Shown: positions 26,231 through 33,021 of the stretch, piece after piece | How positions within the stretch are numbered: the stretch's first letter is position 1 | How the letters are laid out: every line of letters begins with the position of its first letter | Source: Dehalococcoidia bacterium SM23_28_2 | GTDB taxonomy: Bacteria > Chloroflexota > Dehalococcoidia > SM23-28-2 | Length of the DNA stretch: 33,021 bases | Direction: 5' to 3' | Assembly (NCBI GenBank): GCA_001303545.1 | Contig: LJUA01000018.1 | Span: 1 to 33,021 of the forward strand | The notes under the pieces: generated by a model | Told to the model about the DNA's origin: nothing | Database searches by the model: none | What the model saw: only the letters and a program-made list of their open reading frames with translations | Translations under genes and position numbers: made by a program

Positions 26231-28170
26231 GGGAGACTCAACGGGAGACCGCCTCTGGCAGGAGCGTTGCCGGTGTCTCTGAGGCCGTGGAGGTGGCCAT
26301 CCAGCGTGCCCAGGACTATCTGCTGAGCATCCAGTACCCCGAGGGCTATTGGTGGGGCGAGCTGGAGACCAATGTCTGCATGGCCGCCGAGTATCTGCTG
26401 CTGACTCACTTCCTGGGTGCGGCCGACCGTCGGCGCTGGGACAAGATCGTCGAGTACCTGCGGCGCCAGCAGCTCCCCGACGGCACCTGGAGCATCTACC
26501 ACGGCGGCCCCAGCGACCTCAACGCCACGGTAGAGGCCTACTTCGCCCTCAAGCTGGCTGGCGTCTCCCCAGACGAGCCGTCCATGGCCAAGGCACGCCA
26601 GTTCGTCCTCTCGCGGGGTGGTGTGCCTAAGGTTCGCATATTCACCAAGATCTGGCTGGCTCTCTTCGGCCAGTGGGACTGGCGGGGGGTGCCCGTCCTG
26701 CCGCCGGAGCTCATGCTCTTGCCCTCCTGGTTCCCGATCAATATCTATGAGTTCGCTTCCTGGGCGCGGGCGACTGTCGTCCCCATGCTCATCATCCTCA
26801 CCCGTCGGCCCGTTTGCCCGATCCCTGGCGAGGCCCACATCGACGAGCTGTATCCGGCCCCGCGCGAGCAGGTGGACTATTCGCTTCCCAAGAGCGACAG
26901 GCTGCTGAGCTGGAAGACCCTCTTCCTCACTACGGACAAGCTCCTCCGTCTTTACGAGCGCTGGGGCTGGAAGCCTTTCCGCCGACGGGCCGCCCGCGCT
27001 GCCGAGGAGTGGATCGTCGAGCACCAGGAGGCAGACGGGAGCTGGGGCGGCATCCAGCCGCCGTGGGTCTACTCCCTCATCGCCCTCAAGGTTCTGGGCT
27101 ACCCACTGGACCACCCGGTGATGGCCAAAGGCCTTGAGGGGTTCGAAGGGTTTGCCATCGAGGACGAGGAGACCTTCAATCCTCAGGCCTGCCTGTCCCC
27201 CGTGTGGGACACCTGCCTGGCGATGAACGCCCTGCTCGACTCGGGCCTGCCGGCGGATCATCCGGCGCTGGTGAAGGCCGGCCGCTGGATGCTGAAGGAG
27301 CAGATCCTCAGCGGCGGCGACTGGCAGGTGAAGAACCGCAAAGGCCCGCCCGGCGGCTGGGCCTTCGAGTTCGCCAACGACCTCTACCCGGATACGGACG
27401 ACGCCGCCGAGGTGATGATCGCCCTTCTGCGCACTCGCCTGCCCGAAGAGGACGAGAAGGCTCAGGCCCTGGAGCGAGGCCTTCGGTGGCTGCTGAGCAT
27501 GCAGAGCAAGAACGGCGGCTGGGGCTCGTTCGACGTCAACAACACCAGGCGGATCATGACGCAGATACCCTTCTGCGACTTCGGGGCGGTCATCGACCCG
27601 CCGAGCGAGGATGTCACCGCCCACATCGTGGAGCTTCTGGGCCAGATGGGCTACGACAAGACCTTCCGGCCTGTCCGGCGCGCTCTCGCCTATCTGCGAC
27701 GCGAGCAGGAGCCCGACGGCTGCTGGTTCGGCCGCTGGGGGGTGAACTACGTCTACGGCACGGGGGCGGTGCTTCCGGCCCTGGAGGCCGTCGGCGAGGA
27801 CATGGGACAGGAATCCGTTCGCCGGGCTGTGCGCTGGCTGATCGAGCACCAGAACGAGGACGGCGGCTGGGGCGAGACCTGCGCTTCCTATGCCGATCCG
27901 GGCCTGCGGGGCAAGGGCGCGAGCACGGCCTCCCAGACGGCGTGGGCCCTCCTGGGGCTGCTGGCCGGCGGTCAGGGAGCCAGCGAGGCCGCCTTGCGGG
28001 GCATCGGCTACCTGCTGGAGACCCAGGCGGAGGACGGCTCCTGGGACGAGCCCGAGTTCACGGGCACGGGCTTCCCGCGCGATTTCTTCATCAACTACCA
28101 CCTGTACCGCGACTACTTCCCCCTGATGGCCCTGGGGCGCTATTGCGAGCTTGCGGCCACCACCCGTTGA
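26227..28170 (+). CDS. shc: Squalene-hopene cyclase
   Basis: QW repeats, WARAT, GGIQPP, SPVWDT, GGWAFEF.N..YPDTDD catalytic motif, WFGRWG.NY.YGT, TGTGFP. Confidence 0.96.
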   Translation: MRETQRETASGRSVAGVSEAVEVAIQRAQDYLLSIQYPEGYWWGELETNVCMAAEYLLLTHFLGAADRRRWDKIVEYLRRQQLPDGTWSIYHGGPSDLNATVEAYFALKLAGVSPDEPSMAKARQFVLSRGGVPKVRIFTKIWLALFGQWDWRGVPVLPPELMLLPSWFPINIYEFASWARATVVPMLIILTRRPVCPIPGEAHIDELYPAPREQVDYSLPKSDRLLSWKTLFLTTDKLLRLYERWGWKPFRRRAARAAEEWIVEHQEADGSWGGIQPPWVYSLIALKVLGYPLDHPVMAKGLEGFEGFAIEDEETFNPQACLSPVWDTCLAMNALLDSGLPADHPALVKAGRWMLKEQILSGGDWQVKNRKGPPGGWAFEFANDLYPDTDDAAEVMIALLRTRLPEEDEKAQALERGLRWLLSMQSKNGGWGSFDVNNTRRIMTQIPFCDFGAVIDPPSEDVTAHIVELLGQMGYDKTFRPVRRALAYLRREQEPDGCWFGRWGVNYVYGTGAVLPALEAVGEDMGQESVRRAVRWLIEHQNEDGGWGETCASYADPGLRGKGASTASQTAWALLGLLAGGQGASEAALRGIGYLLETQAEDGSWDEPEFTGTGFPRDFFINYHLYRDYFPLMALGRYCELAATTR

Positions 28171-28195
28171 CAGATAGGCCACCGCCGGATATGAT
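28167..28195 (+). promoter_or_regulatory. Putative sigma70-type promoter of the CSLREA gene overlapping the shc stop codon
   Basis: TTGACA-N17-TATGAT. Confidence 0.6.
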
Positions 28196-28262
28196 GGCGC
28201 TGTCCTATGCTCTTTCGTAGGCTCTCTTCGCGATAGGCCGGCCTGGAGGAAGGTACGTTGTC

Positions 28263-29744
28263 ATGAGAAGGTCGGCCCTCGCTCTGCTTCTCCTGACCGC
28301 TGTTGCTGGTGCCCTCATCCTATGGGCGAGGCCCGCCGCTCAGGCCAACCCCGATACCACATTCACCGTCAACAGCACCGCCGACCCCGGCGACGGCACC
28401 TGCGACGCCACCGAATGCACGCTACGCGAGGCCATCGCCGCCGCCAATGCCAGCGCCGGCACCGACACGATTGAGTTCAACATCGCCGGCGCAGGCCCCC
28501 ATACGATCAGCCCCGGCAGCGCCCTGCCCACGATCACCGACCCGGTGATCATCGATGGGACGACCGAACCGGACTTCGCCGGCACGCCCGTCATCGAGCT
28601 GGACGGGAGCGGCGCGGGCGATGACGTGGACGGGCTGAAGATCACCGCCGGGAGCAGCACAGTACGGGCGCTGGTGATCAACGGCTTCGACGGTCAGGGG
28701 ATCGAGCTGTCTGGCAGCGGCGGCAACACCCTCCAGGGCAACTACATCGGCACGAACGTCGCGGGCACCGCTGATATGGCCAACGGCACAGGCGTTCGCA
28801 TTAGCTTCATCATGAACAACACCATCGGGGGAAGTGCAGTCGGCGAGGGAAACGTCATCTCGGGCAACGTGAGCGACGCCATGTGGATGAGCGGGGCTAG
28901 CAGCAACGTGGTGATAGGCAACTACATCGGCACCGATGCCACCGGTTCGTACGCTATCGGCAACGGGAACGGGGTGGACATCAATGAGACGGCTCAGAAT
29001 AACACAGTCGGCGGCGCTGGCGAAGGCGAGCGCAACGTGATCTCCGGCAATACCTTCAGCGGCGTGGCCATCGGTGATGGCACCAGCGGCAACGTTGTGA
29101 AAGGCAACTACATTGGAACCGATGCCACTGGCCACAATGGGATAGGAAACGGAATGGGCGTGTGTATCTGGGCTAACGCCGCGAACAGCACCATCGGCGG
29201 CACAGGAGCCGGAGAAGGCAACGTTATCGCCTACAACACCCTGGACGGCGTGCAGGTGCAACTATTCGCCATCGGCAACACCATCCGCGGCAACTCCATT
29301 CACTCCAACGGCGACAAGGGCATTGAGTTAGTAGACGGCGGCAACACGGAACTGGCGGCGCCGGTCATCGACGGCCTGGGCGGCTCCGTCCACGGCCACA
29401 CCAGCCCCAAGTGCTACCCCTGCACGGTGGAGGTCTTCTCCGACAATGAAGACGAGGGGCGCATCTACCACGGCTACACCACCACCAACAACGACGCCAC
29501 GGGCACCTGGACGTATCCCGGCACCGCCGGAGGCCGCAACGTCACGGCCACGATCACCGACAGCGCGGGCAACACGTCCGAGTTCTCGGATCCATTCCCC
29601 TTCCCTGTCGGCGGCATAGCGGAGCTGCCGGGCGCCTCGGATTCGGCGACCCGCAACTACATCGGCCTGGGCGCACTCGCCGCTGCGGCGCTGCTCGCTC
29701 TCGCCGCCGGCGGGTGGTACGCTGGGAGACGCTGGCTCAGGTAG
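28263..29744 (+). CDS. CSLREA-domain, beta-helix repeat cell-surface protein with C-terminal membrane anchor
   Basis: Signal peptide ending AQA; TVNSTAD..C...CTLREAI; GNYIGT / NVISGN repeats; GNTSEFS; terminal TM plus RRWLR. Confidence 0.85.
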   Translation: MRRSALALLLLTAVAGALILWARPAAQANPDTTFTVNSTADPGDGTCDATECTLREAIAAANASAGTDTIEFNIAGAGPHTISPGSALPTITDPVIIDGTTEPDFAGTPVIELDGSGAGDDVDGLKITAGSSTVRALVINGFDGQGIELSGSGGNTLQGNYIGTNVAGTADMANGTGVRISFIMNNTIGGSAVGEGNVISGNVSDAMWMSGASSNVVIGNYIGTDATGSYAIGNGNGVDINETAQNNTVGGAGEGERNVISGNTFSGVAIGDGTSGNVVKGNYIGTDATGHNGIGNGMGVCIWANAANSTIGGTGAGEGNVIAYNTLDGVQVQLFAIGNTIRGNSIHSNGDKGIELVDGGNTELAAPVIDGLGGSVHGHTSPKCYPCTVEVFSDNEDEGRIYHGYTTTNNDATGTWTYPGTAGGRNVTATITDSAGNTSEFSDPFPFPVGGIAELPGASDSATRNYIGLGALAAAALLALAAGGWYAGRRWLR

Positions 29745-29773
29745 ACGCTACGTGAAGCCGGCGAGGCTTGGAC

Positions 29774-30602
29774 ATGGGTCGCGAAGGCAAGGCCAGGCGG
29801 CGCTCCAAGAAGCCGGCGCCTCTCTCGGCGCGAGAGCGTGTGGCCGCTCGGCCGAAGGGCGGGGGCCGCCTGCGGCACTGGATCGCCGTACTTGTGGCGG
29901 TTGCCATCCTGATCTCCGTAGTCGTAGTCACTCTCCTCAGCTTCTACCGCTCGGACCAGCCAGATCAGCCGTCGGCAGTCCCAACCGTGGCCGGCCCTGA
30001 GGACGGGCCGCGAGCGGTGATAGTGGACGGCCACCGAGCTGCTGGTACAGGCCGGATATGGCGTGGACTACTACCCGGGCGAGCAGGTGACGGTGGAGTT
30101 CTACCGCCATCTTCCCAGCGAGGGCCATGAGCTGGTCATCCTTAGAGTGCACTCGGCGCTCGGTAGAGTTGGCGACCAGCCGGCGGACTGGGTGACCCTC
30201 TTCACGGCCGACTCGTACGACACGGCATACTACCGCAAGGAGCGGGAGGAGCAGCGGCTGAGCAGGGTCTCGTACTACGAAGACGGCCCGCCATACTTCG
30301 GCATAATGCCGGACTTCGTCAAGTCGAGCATGAAGGGCGACTTCCAGGACGCGACAGTGATAATCATGGGCTGCGACGGGCTGAAGTCCGACACCATGGC
30401 CGAGGCGTTCGTGCAGAAAGGCGCGGCGGCCGTTGTGGCCTGGGACGGGCTGGTGTCATCGGAGCATACGGATGCTGCAACGGAACGCCTGCTGGAGCGC
30501 CTGCTGATCGACGGGCTGACGATAGAAGAGGCAGTGACACAGACTATGACCGAGCTTGGGCCCGACCCATCGTACGGTAGTGCCCTGCAGGTCTACCGCT
30601 GA
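29774..30602 (+). pseudogene. Membrane-anchored hypothetical protein (possible His/Cys caspase-like fold) split by a frameshift near 30028
   Basis: Basic N-terminus and TM helix in frame 29768..30130 up to RAVIVD; continues as ATELLVQAGYGVDYYPGE...LRVHS...IMGC in the frame of 30063..30602. Confidence 0.6.
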
Positions 30603-30658
30603 GGCCAACCGGGGCAGCTCACGTCGGCGGCCTGCTGACCAAGGCCTCACATAGACAC

Positions 30659-30690
30659 GAAGGCCGTCCTTGGGGGCGGCCTTCTCCTTT
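30659..30690 (+). terminator. Rho-independent terminator-like hairpin
   Basis: GAAGGCCGTCC-TTG-GGGGCGGCCTTC followed by TCCTTT. Confidence 0.6.
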
Positions 30691-30692
30691 CC

Positions 30693-30756
30693 GCCGTAAC
30701 AAAGGCCCATCGAGCGCGTCAGAAAAATAAAAGGCAAGCAATAGCGATGTCGATAA
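30693..30756 (+). promoter_or_regulatory. Duplicated promoter block, copy 1 (ECF-like plus sigma28-like)
   Basis: GTAAC-N16-CGTC then TAAA-N17-GTCGATAA; aligns with 32851-32913. Confidence 0.55.
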
Positions 30757-32777
30757 CGGCAGACCAGAATGCGGACGGGCGTCCTGGCGGGCACCCTCCC
30801 ACGGCGGTTCAGTGCGCGCTGGCGGTGGTGACCGCTGGCCTGGCCGTGGCTGCGGCGATGCTGGCCCTAATCGGGACGGCCCAGGCCGGCAATGTGGACA
30901 CGTCGCTGGAGGAGGAGCCATACCTGCAGGACTCCGCCTCCGTAATCTCCGATGTCCACGGGGTGCCCAGTTGGCCCGGCCAGGCGGCGAGGGAGGCGTG
31001 TGCGCCTGTCTCCTCGGGCAGCTACAGCGGCAGCCTTCGGCTGGAGGGCGAGGCTGCTACCGACGGCCTAGCGCTCACCGCCAGCATCGATGGGCGGGCC
31101 TGGGGCACGGCGATCATCTCCGACGGCCGCTACGCCATGGACATACCGGGGGATGCACCGGCGAGGTCGCCGTGCTTCCCTGGCAGCGGGACGATCGTGT
31201 TCAGCCTGGACGGCTATAGCTGCATGCCGGCGGAGGAGGATGAGATGGGGAGAGTGGCATGCAGCTACCAATCCTTTACGCCGGGCGATCACGATGTGGA
31301 TCTGGTCTGTCTGGCTGCAACCACCTCGGCCCCCGAGCCCTCGCCAGAACAGGTCACCACGGCCGCTGCTGTGCGTATTGACGAGGCGAACGGCCTTCTG
31401 GAAGCGATCGCAAGGTATGGGCAGCTCTGGCAGGCTCACTCCGAGTCCACCGCCGCTGGGGCGCCTGCTCCACCGACTGACGAGGCGAGCGGCTTTGTGG
31501 ACGCGATCGCAAGGTATGGGCAGCTCTGGCAGGCCCAGCCCGAGTCCACCGCCGTCAGCACCCCTCTTCCGCGTATTGACGGGGCGAACGGGCTTCTGGA
31601 CGCGATCGTGATGTATCGACAGTTCTGGCAGGCTCAGTCCGAGTCCTCCGCTGCCATGGCCGCCTTCGTCAGCGGTCTGATCTCCTACCAGGCTGGCGAC
31701 GCGCAGGGGGCGAGGACAGCCTGGGAGGGGATGCTCGGCGCTTTCCCCAGCCCGGAGGAGCGCGCTCAGGCCCATCTCTGGCTGGCGAAGGCAGAGCTGG
31801 CTTTGACGGGCGACAGCGAGGCAGCCTCCGCTCACCTGCGGCAGGCGCAGGAGGCCGCCCCCAGGAGCTTCTATGCCCTGCGGGCCGAGGCCTGGCTCGT
31901 GGGTCAGGGTGCCGCTCCTTTCGCTGAGCGCGAGGGCGCAATACGGCCCCCCGCTGATCCTGACTGGGATGCAGTCGAAGAATGGATCACTTCCCTTGCA
32001 GGGCCGGAGGCGATGGTGGCTGGGCTCTCGCCCTTCGACCTGGAGGCCTGGCAGCGGGGCCAGCAGTTTCATTGGTTGGGCATGGAGCGTGAGGCCACCA
32101 GCGAGTTTCTCTCGCTCATCGACCAGAGCAGCGCGCACCCCTGGAGCCTCTACCGCCTGGCCCGGACCTTTGACAATCTGGACATGACCCATCTGGCCGC
32201 CCGTGCTGCCAGTCGTCTGCTGGCGAAGGCCAACGTTCCGCTCGAGCAGGTTCCTCGCGCCCTCGTGGAGCTGGTCTATCCCTTCGCTTACCCATCTCTC
32301 ATCGAGACGGTCGCCGCCGAAAACGAACTGTCGCCCCTTCTGCTCCTGGCCCTGATCCGCCAGGAGAGCTTCTTCGATCCTCTGGCTGGTTCCTACGCTG
32401 GCGCTCTTGGCCTCACCCAGGTGATGCCGTCCACAGGCCAAGGGATCGCGGCGGATCTGAACGTCGAGGGCTTCTCGGCTTCAGACCTGCTGCAGCCCGA
32501 GGTGAACATCCGATTCGGTGCCCACTACCTGCGCAGCCAGCTTGATACCTTCAACGGCAACATCTACTTCGCTCTGGCTGCCTACAATGCTGGCCCGGAC
32601 AGCGTCAGACGCTGGAGACAGGGCCTCCCGACCTCAGACATGGGCCTCTTCGTGGAGCTCATAGACTTCGCCGAGACCCGCAGCTACGTGAAACTGGTTC
32701 TGGAGAACTACGCCGTCTATCGCTTCCTCTACGGCGGCGCTGACCATCCCACCCTGGTGAGGATCCCCCGCTCGTAG
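30747..32777 (+). CDS. Soluble lytic transglycosylase (Slt-like) with TPR-like region and N-terminal accessory domain
   Basis: IRQES catalytic Glu, GALGLTQVMP, LAAYNAGP, ETRSYV; true start uncertain. Confidence 0.85.
   Translation: MSITADQNADGRPGGHPPTAVQCALAVVTAGLAVAAAMLALIGTAQAGNVDTSLEEEPYLQDSASVISDVHGVPSWPGQAAREACAPVSSGSYSGSLRLEGEAATDGLALTASIDGRAWGTAIISDGRYAMDIPGDAPARSPCFPGSGTIVFSLDGYSCMPAEEDEMGRVACSYQSFTPGDHDVDLVCLAATTSAPEPSPEQVTTAAAVRIDEANGLLEAIARYGQLWQAHSESTAAGAPAPPTDEASGFVDAIARYGQLWQAQPESTAVSTPLPRIDGANGLLDAIVMYRQFWQAQSESSAAMAAFVSGLISYQAGDAQGARTAWEGMLGAFPSPEERAQAHLWLAKAELALTGDSEAASAHLRQAQEAAPRSFYALRAEAWLVGQGAAPFAEREGAIRPPADPDWDAVEEWITSLAGPEAMVAGLSPFDLEAWQRGQQFHWLGMEREATSEFLSLIDQSSAHPWSLYRLARTFDNLDMTHLAARAASRLLAKANVPLEQVPRALVELVYPFAYPSLIETVAAENELSPLLLLALIRQESFFDPLAGSYAGALGLTQVMPSTGQGIAADLNVEGFSASDLLQPEVNIRFGAHYLRSQLDTFNGNIYFALAAYNAGPDSVRRWRQGLPTSDMGLFVELIDFAETRSYVKLVLENYAVYRFLYGGADHPTLVRIPRS
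31374..31655 (+). repeat. Three 99-bp (33-aa) intragenic tandem repeats
   Basis: RIDEANGLLEAIARYGQLWQAHSESTAA / PTDEASGFVDAIARYGQLWQAQPESTAV / RIDGANGLLDAIVMYRQFWQAQSESSAA starting at 31374, 31473, 31572. Confidence 0.9.
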
Positions 32778-32850
32778 ACGGGCCTGCCCCTGCCCGCGGG
32801 TTCATACCCTCGTCTGGCGCCTCGTCAAAAGCTGCGAAGCCATCGTAAAC

Positions 32851-32913
32851 GCCGTAACAAAGCCCTACCGGCCGCGTCGAAATAGTAAAGGCCAGCGATA
32901 GAGATGTCGATAG
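32851..32913 (+). promoter_or_regulatory. Duplicated promoter block, copy 2 (ECF-like plus sigma28-like)
   Basis: GTAAC-N16-CGTC then TAAA-N16-GTCGATAG. Confidence 0.55.
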
Positions 32914-32917
32914 GAAT

Positions 32918-33021
32918 ATGAATCGTCTCCGGGACGCCGATTTCCTCAAGTGGCTGTACCCCGGCATGCACATCAAGCGCTGGCTGGCGCTGCTGCTGCT
33001 GGGGGTGGCAATAATGGGATT
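32918..33021 (+). CDS. yvcK: YvcK/GlmR-family protein, N-terminus only (runs off the window)
   Basis: MNRLRDADFLKWLYPGMHIKRWLALLLLG; KWLYPGMxxKRW plus TM is the N-terminus I associate with membrane-anchored YvcK proteins; only 34 codons visible. Confidence 0.65.
   Translation, partial: MNRLRDADFLKWLYPGMHIKRWLALLLLGVAIMG

Noticed and set aside
26209-28182. 657-aa antisense ORF opposite shc (also 15974..17482, 23413..24831, 31068..32441, 20434..21567)
   Set aside because: Shadow ORFs expected from high-GC codon bias opposite well-supported genes; no motifs
30720-30745. Second c-di-GMP riboswitch suggested by AAAGGCAA
   Set aside because: No GNRA hairpin, GCAAAG junction or receptor helix follows

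Overview
GC-rich bacterial window whose gene content and protein styles suggest a Chloroflexota (probably Dehalococcoidia-like) genome; the taxonomy is inferred, not shown. The dominant feature is a contiguous, translationally coupled hopanoid operon at ~18.8-28.2 kb: hpnC-hpnD-hpnE-[ispH fused in frame to a YjbQ/UPF0047 domain]-short-chain prenyl synthase-hpnH-hpnG-shc. The left half carries catabolic and envelope genes: a ceramidase-like protein, a PQQ-like beta-propeller lipoprotein, a ThDP enzyme, a large secreted protein, a thioesterase, putA, an 11/22-mer repeat protein, a broken alpha/beta hydrolase, a Zn-ribbon protein, a methyltransferase, an M24 peptidase, a saccharopine dehydrogenase-like protein and an alkyl-sulfatase-like MBL. 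The right end has a CSLREA surface protein with an unusual PVGG-TM-RR tail, a broken caspase-fold-like protein, an Slt-type lytic transglycosylase and the start of yvcK. The ~1 kb 'intergenic' region at 6.25-7.28 kb holds a clear c-di-GMP-I riboswitch that heads a long, highly structured, SD/anti-SD-rich tract with only tiny ORFs instead of a normal gene. A GTAAC-N16/17-(C/T)GTC ECF-type promoter motif recurs four times, twice within a duplicated ~62-bp block. Three genes are clearly interrupted by indels and a fourth possibly so (pseudogenes or assembly errors). No rRNA, tRNA, CRISPR array or mobile element was recognised.
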